A stretch of 63,044 bases of DNA, the filler included, from Guillardia theta CCMP2712 (lineage: Eukaryota > Protista > Cryptophyta): NCBI RefSeq assembly GCF_000315625.1. It is 3 parts of 3 records of this genome, joined end to end, with 100 filler letters (N's around TTAATTAATTAA, not from the genome) between each part and the next. Parts side by side here need not be neighbours in the genome. Positions count along the whole stretch, not along the records: positions 1 to 30,618 come from NW_005434650.1; 2 more parts are not named here. One strand, given 5' to 3'. Shown here piece by piece: positions 1-14,917 of this stretch; the first letter of the stretch is position 1; every line of letters begins with the position of its first letter. A program made the position numbers and the translations under genes. The notes under the pieces were generated by a model. It worked only from the letters and a program-made list of their open reading frames with translations, was not told the DNA's origin and searched no databases.

Positions 1-2
1 GA

Positions 3-551
3 TCAAGTCACATTATTGAAGCTCGGGAAGCTTTCATATCCTTCTTGAGAGATAAAATCTGCGGGGTAGAAATCAACGGACAACTTCCTGTTTCTGCTTC
101 TGCTTCTGCTTCTGCTTCTGCTTCTGCTTCTGCTTCTGCTTCTGCTTCTGCTTCTGCTTCTGCTTCTGCTTCTGCTTCTGCTTCTGCTTCTGCTTCTGCT
201 TCTGCTTCTGCTTCAGCTTCTGCTTCTGCTTCTGCTGCTCCTCCTCCTCCTGCTGACTCACCTTGTTCTTCCCCATCGACTTCAATCTGTTCTGGCTGGC
301 ATGTCGAGCAACTCAGTCATCCTCATTGTCGCATCTTTCCCATCACTTACACAATCGCGTCGTTAAAGCCTGAGGACAAGTCCACTTGCAGCCTCTCAAG
401 CAACTCCTCCAGCTCCTCGTAATGCTCTGCTCCAACTTCACCTCTTGCTCCTCCATCGAACATATCTCCGGCCCTCCGTCCCTCCCTTCCTCCTGTTCCC
501 TTCCTCTCCGGACCTCTCCTTGGTCAATCCCCGGCTCTCTTTCCTCTCCCA

Positions 552-620
<69 letters not shown>

Positions 621-3019
621 CTCTTCCTCTCCTTTTCCCTTGCACATGATCAAGTAGCTGGTACTCACCGTACCAATTGGACGAGACCTCCGGGAATTTC
701 TCCCACTCGATTCTGCTCCCCTTGTACTCGCTCCTCCCCGGCTGCACTACAGGCTCCTTCTTCTCCTCCAGAGACTCGATCTGCACACAGATCTCAAATT
801 CCTCCCTTCATCTTGCTCCTGCCCTCCTTTCCGCATTCCCTCCTCCAACTGCCTCCCTCTTCCTCCTTTTCGTCCTCTTCTTCCATTTCCTCCCCATCCT
901 CCTCCTCCTCCTCCTCCTCCTCGTTACCTGCGCCAACCCCTTGGCAGGATCCAAGAACCGCCTGCCGATGTTGACGTCAGCTCGACCCGGAGCTTATGAC
1001 AAGACGAGACACGAGATGAAAGAAGTCGTCGCGCACCTTCCAGAAAGTTTGTCTTCCTGCTGCTTTTGCTGGCTCTCGTAAAGATCCTTGACCGACGACA
1101 TGGAGGGAGGAGAGCGGGATTCTGTCCTGGTTTCCTCCTTCCTCCCTGGAGAACCAGCGAGAGAGGAGGAGGGGAACAACGAGGAAGAGGGAAAGGGAGG
1201 AGAGGTAGAGAATACGAAGGATACAAGAAGAGGAGGAGGGAGAAGTAAAGCAGAGTAAGTGTAATCCAACGAAAGTAGGAGAGAAGGAGGAAGAGGAGGG
1301 GGGGCGGGGGAGAGAGGAGCAAGGAAGAGGGGAGGGAGAAAGATAGGACGGAGGGAGGAGGGAAGAGAAAGGGAAAATGGTGATGAGAGGAGAGAGGAGA
1401 GAGGAGAGAGGAGAGAGGAGAGAGGAGAGAGGAGAGAGGAAAGAGGAGCAAGGGAGGAAGGAGCAAGGGTCTCACCTTCACTCCACTGCTCACCACGGAT
1501 CTCGTCGAGTCCCTCGAGTCAGTATCCCTGCTCCCCCTCGTCCCCACCCCCCCGTTCACATGCGCATCCACGCGCTGACCAGATGCCGCCGCAGCCCGTC
1601 TCCCAGCCCCCCCTCCCTCTCCCCCTTCCTCCTCCCCGTTGCCGTTTTCACGTGAGGCCCATCTCGCCTGCTGCGCTCGCCAGTCCTCCCCAACTCCTGT
1701 AGCTCTGTTACAGCATGCTCCAACTCCCCCCTCCTCCCTCCTCCTGCTCAGATCTCAACCTGCGAACTTCTCCTTCACGTCAGGAGCTGCGTCCGCATCC
1801 TCATACACTCCTGTATACCTTCCAGCAGACAGTCATCACTCATGAGAGCGAAAGACGCGAAAGATGTCACAAAGGAGGGAAAAACAGAACCAATGATAAT
1901 CAAGAAGAGGAAGAGAAGTTGTGTGGGTGGGTGGGCGCAAGGCGAGGGGCACGAGGAGGAGGAGGAGGAGGAGGAGGAGGAGGAGGAGGAGGAGGAGGTG
2001 GTGGTGGTGGTGGTGGTGGTGCTGATGGATGTGTTGGTGTTGGTGTTGGTGTTGGTGTTGGTGTTGAAGGTGGAGTAGGAGGTGCTGGTGGTGGTGCTGG
2101 TGGAGGAGGAAATGTCTCTTACATATCCCCCTGCCTGAAGTACAGCGTGCTCCTCCCTCCTCCAGTCTGATGTCCTGTCCTCCCATCTCCCTCTGTGTAT
2201 CTCTCCTTCCTGTCTCCAATGGTGGAGCGTTGACCGTCGGCGGTTGTGTAGATCGTGTCTCTTCCGGCCCCATTCGAGCTTGCAGCCGTGTTGCGATCAG
2301 CTTGAGCCAGCACCTGCGGAGGAGAACATGAGGGAGGAGGAGAGAGTGGGGGAGGCAGGATGGGGAGGAACAGGAGGAGGAGGAGGAGGAACAGGAGGAA
2401 CAGGAGGAGGAGGAGGAGGAGGAACAGGAGGAGGAGGAGGAGGAGCAGGAGGAGGAGGAGGAACAGGAGGAGGATTCGAACTGACGTAGTTGCTCGGCAT
2501 CTTGTTGACTCCCTCATCTTGAAGGCTTCCACGCACCTGCACCCACCATCATCAATCTTCCCTCCGCTCCTGTACATCCTCCCTCTCCTAAACTTCCTCC
2601 TCCTCTCTCCCGCCACATCTCCTCTCACCCAGCCTGCCCTTCCCCTCCTCTCTGACCCGCTCCAGCCTCTCCACACTCCACTCCCTGTGGGTTCCCCACC
2701 AATTTCACATCGCCCGTCTCTCAACATCTTCTCCCCCCCCGCGTGCAACCCCTTCCTTCTTCTATCCATCCTCCTCTCCTCCTTGCCGAACGCATCTAGA
2801 AACGACACTTACGCTGTCTGCCAGGTAGACGGTCTCACGTGCATCGAAAAGGCTCCCACCCGTTCCCCTGCTGCTCCTGCCCGACGCGCGGGGACCTCCC
2901 CTGCCCTTGTCCATGCTGCTTGGACGCGGAGGATCAAGGGAAGCAAGAAACGACCAACATGCTATGCCTCATTCCTGCAAGAGAGTGAGCGAGTCAAGCT
3001 GCTGCTGCTTCCGCTATTG

Positions 3020-3101
<82 letters not shown>

Positions 3102-3430
3102 TTCTGCTCCTACTCCTGCTCCTGTATATCTCACCAACTGTCCAGGATTCTTCACCATCAATCAATCTCCGCACTCCTGTTTGTACTCCTGACGTCTTAT
3201 TCCTATTTCTGGCTAACTGATCGTCTTGCTTCCAATCTGCCCAACTGCTTCATCATTTTGTCTCGCTCGATTGCTGCATTCTCACGCTCCCTAGGTATCT
3301 TGTTTATGGCAAAGGGTACTGGCTTGCCTGTGTCGCATCGCATTCATGCTCCTACCTCGCATATCTCTCTCCTTTCTCAATATCGATGCCGTTGATTGCT
3401 TCCTGTCCTATCCTTTCGCTGTCCTTGTTC
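3..3430 (-). CDS. Multi-exon hypothetical protein (5' end not determined)
   Basis: Series of GT-AG-bounded open segments on the minus strand, e.g. NKDSERIGQEAINGIDIEKGERYA (~3360-3430), VRGSLQDEGVNKMPSNY (~2486-2536), VLAQADRNTAASSNGAGRDTIY (~2245-2313), EDWRAQQARWASRENG...SVVSSGVK (~1476-1690), IESLEEKKEPVVQPGRSEYKGSRIEWEKFPEVSSNWY (~670-780), EHYEELEELLERLQVDLSSGFNDAI (~350-430), KLSVDFYPADFISQEGYESFPSFNNVT* (3-87). Separated by microsatellite introns; no recognisable domain. Confidence 0.5.
91..237. repeat. (TCTGCT)n microsatellite, intronic
   Basis: Direct hexamer tandem repeat. Confidence 0.95.
3022..3124. repeat. (CTCCTG)n microsatellite, intronic
   Basis: Direct hexamer tandem repeat; the same unit recurs as (CAGGAG)n at 40428-40502 and 56760-56882. 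Confidence 0.95.
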
Positions 3431-3689
3431 TATCCATGCAGTGTCTAGTCTCGTCCAGTTTGCCTATCTGGACTTGCACTGTCTTGTCCCGCACAGACTG
3501 CCTACTATCCTGTCGTCCCCTCTCCTCTCCTCTCTCCTCCCCCCCTCCCCTCCCCTCCCCTCCCCCCCTCCTCTCCTCTCCTCCTCCCCCCTCCCCCCCC
3601 CCCTCCCTCCTCCTCCTCTCTCCTCCTCTGCCTCCTCGCTCGTTTTGTGCCTGTCCATTCCATTCTGGCATGTTTGGCATCATCAACAT

Positions 3690-4020
3690 GACCCCTACCC
3701 CCCGGATTCCTCCGGCATCTCTTCGGAAATAATACCCTTATTACCCCTACAAATTACCTTCGATGGACCCGTAATCGCAGCACCCTACCCCTATTCAAAA
3801 TCAAACCCGCCTCAGGGTATGTGTGTATTGAAAAGGAGAATAACGATCTTGTAACGGTATTTCTGACTATACCACCCTACCGTTTCCCATTCTTTTCAAG
3901 GACATCAGACCCCTTGAAATATCCATCTACCCCTCTATTTACAGGTAAAAATACCGGTGATCTACAGGCTTTCAACACTACAACCCACCCTTTGATGCTC
4001 TTCACCCCTCTTGCAGGACC
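3690..4020. other. ACCCC/GGGGT-rich intergenic block A
   Basis: Repeated ACCCCTACCC / TACCCT / ACCCACCC motifs in microsatellite-free sequence between divergent genes. Confidence 0.6.
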
Positions 4021-4410
4021 TCCCGAGGAGCAACGGCATGGCGCCGGAAAAGGGATGCGTCCGCTGACTCCATGCAGCCCCTGCAGCTCGCTCCTTTCCT
4101 CCTCCTCTCCTCCTCTCCTCCTCTCCCCCGTCCATTCTTGTTTTCTCCCCTTTCCCTACTCCCAATCAAGCTGCCCCCTTGCTCTCAGTCCCTCGATCGT
4201 TACTCCGATTCTCTGCCCGCCTTTCTCCTCCTTGCATCTGCCATCATGCTCCTTTCCTCTATGAGACCAGTTTGATTCTTGTGCGAGAAATTTGAAGAAT
4301 ACTTTTCCATCCAGCATACAAAACTATCAATCGTTCTGCTGTTCAAAATTCTCATTCGTTGCTTTCATTCAGGGTTGGTTGGAATAGCCTGCATGAGATA
4401 GAGGAGAGGT

Positions 4411-6348
4411 ATGCTCGCTCTAAGTCAGAGCTGTCGAGACATGTGTGGGCTAACTTCGAACTTCAGCAACGATTTGAGCGAAAATGTCCAAGAGTGTTCC
4501 TTCGTCACTCCGTTTCCTGACATGCACAATTCTTTGTTGGATTGCAGCAGCGTATCAGGTTTGTCTTTCTATCATTCACAAGTTCACCAGCATGGTAACT
4601 TGTTTTTGTGAATCTTGCAGGGTGGAGGCTATGAGCAGAGGATGAGCGTTGATAGCAGGGGTCGGGGAGGGAGGGGGCGCGGAGGATATGGCAATGACAG
4701 AGGAGGCTACCATGGAGGGAGGGGATTTGGGAGCTACCGTCGCGAGGATCGACAACCTGGACGCATCCTGCGGACATGGGATGTGCCCTCAATGCGCAGC
4801 CGTGATGAACAGAACCTGCGGGAGCTTGAGACCTTGTTGATGCAACTTCCGGCACCTGTCAGGGCGAGACTTCAGGAGCAGTTCAGCGACAAACTGCGGG
4901 ATCTGAACGAGATCTACCTGCAGCTGGGAAGATGGCCCGAAGCAGTGTTTGCGAATCCGCATACTGGACAGCTGTACAGAGAGCCACTTGCTCAAGTGAA
5001 TTGCGAGCAGAGCGACATCGCGCTGTTTGCAGAGATGTTCTCCAAGACGCACACGGGTTCACTCCTTGCCACTAGAAGGATTGGAATCGATGGGACCCTT
5101 CACAGGCTTTCTGTCATCTTGTCTCACCGCACGAGCTCTGAGGGAGTTCCATCAGTGATCGGAGTCACTGCCCGCGTTGGCAAGACTGTAGAAGGAACGC
5201 TGGATTCCCTTGCCCCCGACTTGCTGCAGAGCACAGGAAGCGTGCTGCTGATTGGAAGGCCGAACTCTGGAAAGACTACATGTCTGAGGGAGTTTGCAAG
5301 AAGGCTGTCAGAAGATAAGAATCAGATCGTTGTGGTCGTTGACAAGACCTGTGAGATCGGCGGTGATGGTATTGTTCCACATCCGGCCATTGGAAATGCT
5401 CGATGGCTCCCAGTCGAAACACTCAAGAAAGATGGACAAATGTTCAATCTGCAGCATGAGAGAATGCGCGAAGCTGTAGAAAATCAGAGCCCACATGTAT
5501 GTGTAACTTGTTTGCCTCTCCGTTCTGATCTCATCCCTTGCAGGTTGTCATCGTTGACGAGATATCCTCTGCGACCGAGGTCACCCTTGAAACGACGTCC
5601 GACGCTTTTGATTCTGAGGATGTGCAGGTGGAAGCAATTCGTACGATGAGTCAGAGAGGTATCCGGATCATCGCTGCAGTACATGGAGGAACCTTGCCGA
5701 TGCTTCTGCATGATCCAGATCGAGCTGCGCTTACCGGCGGCTGCCATACAGTGAGTCCAATCACACTTGTTGCACCGTCATAAGACACTTTGCAGGTTTT
5801 GCTCAGCGGAGAAGAAGCAAACAAGAGGAAAGACAAACAGAAATCCGTCCTGATGAGAATGCATGAGCCGATGTTTCAGGTAGATCACTGCTTGCTTATT
5901 GACAGAGTGTTGAGGGCCTGGAAACCAGATGGCAGTCGAGATGCATGAGAGGAATCGCTGGATCCTTCACAGGAATGTTCGGCATGCTGTCGACTGTTAC
6001 TTCAAACGACAGGTTGTTGGACAGAGTCTTGTTTTTGATTGCATCACGATATTCTACTGTGTCGTTGTTGGATTGCTCCATTCGTGCTGACCCCGATCCC
6101 ATCTGAGTTTTCCTTTCAGTATATCACAGCAGAGGAGCTCACTCCAGGGAAAGCCATCGAGGTTGTGGCAAGAGGAAAGTTTGGAGAGGTTCGAAAGCTC
6201 TCATCTCAGTGCGGTCCATGATGCTGTGCTTGTCCAGGGCTTCGAGTATACTGATGGAGGAGGCAACTTTGCTCCGACAGATGACGACTTAGATGAGGAA
6301 GCAAGTCAGTATTCTACAGCTCCCCAAACTCATCCCTCGAGGCTGTAA
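4411..6348 (+). CDS. Ycf45 / SpoIIIAA-like AAA+ ATPase with N-terminal RGG-rich region (multi-exon; start uncertain)
   Basis: EIYLQLGRWPEA, RIGIDGTLHRLSVI, VIGVTARVG, Walker A GRPNSGKTTCLRE, VVVDKTCEIGGDGIVPHPAIGNAR, spliced EAVENQSPH-VVIVDEISSATE-VEAIRTMSQRGIRIIAAVHGGTL, and LMRMHEPMFQ-MAVEMHER are all characteristic Ycf45-family motifs. Confidence 0.85.
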
Positions 6349-6399
6349 AAGCAGTGAGTATGAGAGACTCAAAGTGCAGAAATAAAAGTTTAAGCATCA

Positions 6400-6720
6400 T
6401 GTACCGTTCAATTAGCGTGCCACACCCAAGTTCAACTGACTCTTGCCACTTCCCGGCCGCCGAGTCCGGCCGCCGCCGGGCGGGTGACCGTCGCGTGCGG
6501 CAACTCGACTCGATTGAAGGCTGGGCGGCGTTGCCACTGTCCGATAGAGGCCTGGCAGTGGGCCCCGGGGGCCGGCAGCCGGGATGCCCGGCGCTCGGCG
6601 CTCGGCGGCGCTCCGACTCTCGGACGGCTCACCGTGAACGGGCCGGGCCATTGCGGCCACTGGCTGGGCCTCAGTGGGTGCAGCCCGCCTCAGGGCAATC
6701 TCATTTTACTGAATGGATGG
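6400..6720. other. CCGG/GCCG-rich intergenic block
   Basis: Very GC-rich, with dense CCGG/CGGC words and short local duplications (CGGCGCT three times); no credible coding signal. Confidence 0.55.
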
Positions 6721-6754
6721 ATGGCCCGACACAGTAGTGGCTCCCTAGCTGTCC

Positions 6755-7990
6755 GAGGGGGTACGGTGGGTTCCGGGAGGTAGGGGGCCTTGTGGATAGT
6801 TGATAAGAGGGGGTGGGGTGGTGGATGGCCGTGGTCTACTACCCCTACCCCCAATTGAATAGCTCCTCACCACTAGCGTCGAACGCTTCAAGCCCCCTGT
6901 ATGTGTGAGAAGGGTGGGGTATGGGTATAATGATCACCGGTAGTTTTATCACCAATTGACTATTTCTTGATAGGTGGGTACCTCTTGCAGGAATTTCTGG
7001 AATCTGACCGGTGGGTATAATGCAGGGGTAGGGGTGATAGAAATGAGGTAGGGGTGGCTTACTCACCGCCAGGTAGAAGTCAGCATGGAGACGAATGCAT
7101 AATAAAGAGGGGGTGGGTTGGATGACCAAGGGGTAGTGTGGAGAGTGGACTCCTAGGGTAGGGTGGGCTCTGCTTTATGGAGATCCCAGAAGGGGTCATA
7201 CCCTTTATGGGGAAAGTAAGGGGTAGGGGTAGCTAAGATCAGGGGTTTGTATCACCTACCTTCCCCTTAAGATTTGCCAGTACCCACCCTTCAGATTTGT
7301 ATCCACCTACCCCGGACAAATCAAAGGACCCCTACCCCACAAATGCTGACCTACCTGTCGAAACTCGCAAGACCAGCTGACAAAACTTTGAATTGGACCA
7401 CCCCTACCCCCTTCATGACTCGAAACACTGGTATTTTCTACGAAGTACAGCTGCGTCCTATCATTGGTCTCTAGGAACTTTGTATGACAGAATGTATCTG
7501 TGGCGTTCATCAGCAATTTTGGGGTAGGATGGGTAGTATGACCCTTGATCCATTGAGACAATACCCCTAACTTTGGACCCTACCTACTCAGGGCCGTGAG
7601 GACTACCCTACCCCAATGTCAGCAACCACCCCTGGAGATCTTTCTCAGGGTTCTTACTGGTACCCCACCATCGCCTCGACCATCAGGCACCCCGTACCCT
7701 GCAGTTCTCAATCCCACCCACCTGTACATTTCAACAAAGATACAGTACAAAGTACCGGTACTCACAACACCCCCACCACCTTTATTGTGAACATTCCAAA
7801 GCGCTCAAAGTAATTGAGTACCCCTATTTAAATATTACCACCCCATATTCTTACTGAAAGTATCAGTCCAATATGCGGTATCCAAGACCCTTATCACACC
7901 AACCACCCCACTGAATTTCTGTGTACCCCTCGTTTCCCCACCACCCTAACTCACTTCAGGGATTCAAAGGCCTGCCCCACCCCCGCCCCC
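6755..7990. other. GGGGT/ACCCC-rich intergenic block B
   Basis: Dozens of GGGGTAGGGGT / GGGGTGGGT motifs, mostly G-strand until ~7250 and mostly C-strand (ACCCCTACCCC) afterwards. Confidence 0.7.
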
Positions 7991-8639
7991 ATTCGCCTCC
8001 CATGCTGCGCACAAGTTATCTGTCACCCCTCCCCCCCTTCCCCTCCTCCCTCCCCCTCTTCTTCTACTCCTTCCCATCCTGCCCGTACTCGACTCTACCT
8101 TCCTTCTCACCCTCCTGCTCATCCTGTGCCATGTGCCCCAGCCACTGGGCCTGCTCCTTGCTCTTCCTTGCTCCAGCCTCCGTGCGTGTCCTTTGCTGGA
8201 GCACCTTCCTCGACATAGCCCTGTTGTTGTTCTCGTCCTCCTCCTTGCTTGCCGACTCGTGCCTGCTCTGACTCCAGATGATGATCTGCCTCGTAACCCT
8301 GTCTCTCCTGTACGTTGTCGGACCTTGTCCGAATCATGAACGAGAAGATTAGAAGTTGGCGAGAAGATGCCTTTGCAGGATGAATCATGCCGGCTGCAGG
8401 AGATGAACTTGTCCAGCAAAGAGTTGAATGGAGGTTGTGGAGGAGAACAAGAACGTAAGGCTAGAGTGACGTGGGATTGGGACTAATGAGGAAGGGGTAG
8501 TGTCGGAGTAAGTTTTAGCAGGGTTGAACCAGAAAAGTGTAGCACGATGCTGTGATCGTATCACTACCTGCTAGCCGCTCGTTTCTGACTTCTGCTTCTA
8601 GCTGCAGTGAGTAGCAAGTCGTCTCCTGCAGTCCCTGGC

Positions 8640-11413
8640 ATGTTCTCCCGTGCAGCTCTTGCGGCTGCTGCCACAGCAGCGGCCCTCAGCTCCGTTGAAG
8701 GCTTCCTTACCGCCCCCTTCCTGCTGGGAGCGCTGCTCGACTCTCTCCCGTGAGCAGGCTCCGATCCTCGAGGCCCAGCACTGGAGCTCTGGCCAGCAGA
8801 GCCACGGCCTCCGCGATCTCGACCTCGAGCGATTCGTACGGGGACTTGTCAAACATCGTCATCTCGGGACTGAACGGGATCGCGCTCAAGGACAAGGAGT
8901 TTCCTAACAAGAAGCAAGTGTTCGATGCCATGCCTGCCGACAGCTGGAAGCGCGATGACAAGGCGAGTGATGTGGAGGGGTGAATCGGGGAGATGGTTGG
9001 AGGGGAGGGGTTGAAAACTAGAAGGCTGTGGGGAGGAGGAGGAGAAGGAGGAGGACAGGGAGCAAGAACTGACTTGGCCGCAGATCTCGCTCATGTATGC
9101 GGGCATCTCCCTTGCTCTCACTCTCGGAGTCGGAGCCCTCGCGTGGATGTTTCTTCCCCTCAAATTGGCCATGTTGCCTCTCTGGGCCCTCTACTGGTAC
9201 GCCGCCGGCACCATCGCCACCGGCTGCTGGGTAAGAACATGTCACGGTCCTTCTGAGCTCCCTTGGTTCCCTTTTTTCTCCTCTCCTCTCCTCTCCTCTC
9301 CTCTCCTCTCCTCTCCTCTCCTCTCCTCTCCTCTCCTCTCCTCTCCTCTCCTCTCCTCGACTGTCTGACATGCAATCTTCGCAGGTCATCGCGCACGAGT
9401 GCGGACACGGAGCTTTCTCCGACAACAAGCTCCTTCAGGACACTGTCGGATACGTGAGTCTAAAAGTTGTTGCTGCCCCTGATCCCTGCTGACGATCTGC
9501 CACCCTGCAGCTCTTCCACACCGCTCTCCTTGTTCCCTACTTCTCGTGAGTAATCCCTCTCTCCCTCCCCTCTTCGTTCCTCCCCATCCTCCTCCTCCTA
9601 TCTTCTCGTCCTTTCCTTACTCATCCCTAGTCCCTCCTGCCCTCTATCTCCTCCTACGCCCTCCCTCCCTCCCTCCCTCTCCGTTTTGACCGCCGTTGCT
9701 GATCCTCTGGTGCAGTTGGCAGCGATCGCATGCTGTCCATCACTCAAAGACGAACCACATCTTCGAGGGCGAGACCCACGTCCCCTACACCCTGGAGACT
9801 GGCAAGGTGACTTGACTATTTCGCCTTCCCATGATGTCCCGAGATGCGATGAATGATTGAAATGTTGTCTGGTATGCTCTTGCCAAGTGGACCAGTTTAT
9901 GTTCTTGACAAGTTGTACATGTCTGTTGTCGCCATGTTCACTCTCACTTCTCACACTGCCTACTGTTCTTCTTATCTTGAACTCTACAGGGTACTCTTGG
10001 CAAGTTGAGCACAATGCAGAAGATCTTCGGCAAGAAGTTGGGAGAAGCGATCTATGGTGCCAACCGCGTCGTTTCTCACCTCGTCTTTGGATGGCCTGCA
10101 TACCTTGTAAGTTGACATGTGCTACCAACATCTCCTCCTCCTCCTCCTCCTTCTCCTCGAGCTGACTTGTCTCCAGATTGCTGGAGTCACTGGTGGACCC
10201 GTTCGTGGCATGACCAACCACTTCATCCCCGTCAAGCCTTTTTCTACTGGCGACAAGAACACCGAGCTCTTCCCTGGAGTGTGGAAGAAGAAGGTGACGT
10301 GTCGTGCTCTCGCTCCCCCTCTTCCTTCCCCTCTCCCTCTTCCTCCCCTCTCCTCCTCCTCCACTCTCCTCCTCCTCCCCTCTCCTTGCTCCCCCCTGGT
10401 CTCTCGTTCTTCCTCCTTCTTTCCCCTCACGATTCTTCAGGTGTGGCTTTCTGACATCGGCATCGTCGGCATGCTCGGCCTCCTTTACGCCTGGTCTGTT
10501 AAGTTCGGTAAGTTCGGAGAGGAGGAGAAGGAGGAGGAGGATGGTGATAGAGGCTTCAGGTTTCCTCCACATGGCTGCTCTCTATCTCGGTCCCTACGTC
10601 GTCACCAACTGCTGGCTCGTCCTCTACACTTGGCTCCAGCACACTGACGTGAGAAATTCCTTGAGAATCTCCCTCCTACTTCCCTTCCCTCTCCAACCTC
10701 GTACAGTTCGCCTCCTGTCCTAGCTCACTCTCCCTTCCTCCTCTCCTCCCTCCCCCCCCCTTCCACCTTGTCCTTCTCCTTATCCTACTGCAGACCGACG
10801 TTCCTCACTTCTCCGGGGAGAACTGGAACTTCATCAAGGGAGCTTTCATGTCCATCGATCGCCCCTACGGCCCCATCTTCGACTTCCTCCACCACCGCAT
10901 CGGCTCCACCCACGTCGTCCACCACATCGACTGCACCATCCCGTGAGTCCTCCTGCTCCCTGTGCTCTCCTGCCTCCGTCTCCTCCCTCCCTCGTGCTCC
11001 CCCTGCCCTCCCTCCTGTTGCTGCTCCTCCCTCACGTTGGCTCTCATACTCTCGTTTCCTCTTCCTCACTTCCTCTCAGGCATTACCGCGCCAAGGCTGC
11101 CACTGAAGCCATCGCCAAGGCCTTCCCTGAGTAAGCTTCCTCCCCAAACCCCTCTCCTCTTCCTCCGCTTCCCTCTTCCTCCTCCTCCTCCTCCCTCCTC
11201 TCCTCCCTCCCCCTCCTGCTCTCCCTCCCCCTCCTCCTACTCCGCTGCCCTTCGACTGCTCACCATGACCGCAGGCACTACCTCTACGATCCCACTCCTC
11301 TCCCCGAGGCTCTCTGGAGGGTCTCAACCAAGTGCGTTGCTGTGGAGGAGCGAGGCAAGAAGTGGGTCTTCGTGCAGGGCGAGGGAACCCCCCAGCTCCC
11401 CCAGAGCGCCTGA
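8640..11413 (+). CDS. Plastid-targeted omega-3/omega-6 (delta-15/delta-12 type) fatty acid desaturase; apparent 1-nt frameshift at 8713-8717
   Basis: Three His boxes across spliced exons: VIAHECGHGAFSDN (~9385-9426), WQRSHAVHHSKTNHIFEGETHVP (~9717-9785), FLHHRIGSTHVVHH (~10884-10925); also LYTWLQHTD and IDRPYGPIFD. N-terminus MFSRAALAAAATAAALSSVEG-F is a signal peptide followed by Phe and a Ser/Arg-rich transit peptide. Stop TGA at 11411-11413. Confidence 0.92.
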
Positions 11414-11714
11414 GCTCCCAGCTGAGAAAAATTTTCCTGGAATATTAAATGTAGTGCATACGAATAGAGTAAAGACTTGTTGCTGACTTTTGTGCTCCTC
11501 CTCCTCCTCCTCCTCCTCCTCCTCCTCCTCCTCCTCCTCCTCCTCCTTCTCCTCCTCCTCAACCTCTTTGCTCCCCTTCATCCTCTCTTGCACTTTCTTC
11601 TTCTCCCTCCTCCTCCTCCCCCCCTCTACGTCCTTCCCTTCCATCCCTCCTGCTCATCCTCTCCTCCCGCTCCTTGCTCCTTGCTCCTCCTCCTCCTCTC
11701 CCTACTCTCTCTGC

Positions 11715-14369
<2,655 letters not shown>

Positions 14370-14917
14370 CTTCTCCTCTGCCGGCAGGTAGCACCATGGA
14401 TGGCCTCATAGGAGGAGGAGGAAGAGGAGGAGACCACACAAGGGCTGTGGACGCGCGCAGCGGAGCGGGCGGGGCATGGGGGCAGGAAGGTAGAGCCTCC
14501 CCAGCCCTCCCCGTCCCTTGGCCAGCAGATTTTATCTAGGCGGGTCACACTTGGTGGAGGAAGAAATTTGAAGGCGGAGAGAAAAGATGCGGCGAGAGCA
14601 ACAGGAGAGAGGGAGGGAGGAAAGGAAGATAGGGAGGAGAGGGAGGAAGGAAGGAAAGGAAGAAGGGAGAGGGAGAGAGAGGGAGGAAGGAAGGACAGGA
14701 AGAGAGGGGGAGAGAGGGAGGGAGGAATGAAAGGAAGTTAAGGAGGCAGTTGAGGACAGGGGAGAACATTCATGATACAACCAGCCATCTACAATAACCA
14801 CGTTGTTTTATATTCAAAGAAGTTTAAAACTTAGATCGGCTCTGCCATCAATCACAAGCCAAGGAACTTGCTGCTCCTCTTCAGCACTCAAGGTCTGCTG
14901 GTCAATCGCCTCCTCCC

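Noticed and set aside
45-3220. Long low-complexity ORFs (poly-SA, poly-QK, poly-R, poly-P, poly-L), here and throughout the window
   Set aside because: They are translations of intronic microsatellites that simply lack stop codons; e.g. the formin-like polyproline at 2297-2542 lies inside a GT-AG intron.
6755-7990. Possible interstitial telomeric repeats
   Set aside because: The G-rich words are dispersed and variable, not tandem TTAGGG/TTTAGGG arrays.
8066-8460. Possible small minus-strand gene upstream of the desaturase
   Set aside because: Only short open segments with plausible splice sites; no clear start and no motif, so it cannot be supported.
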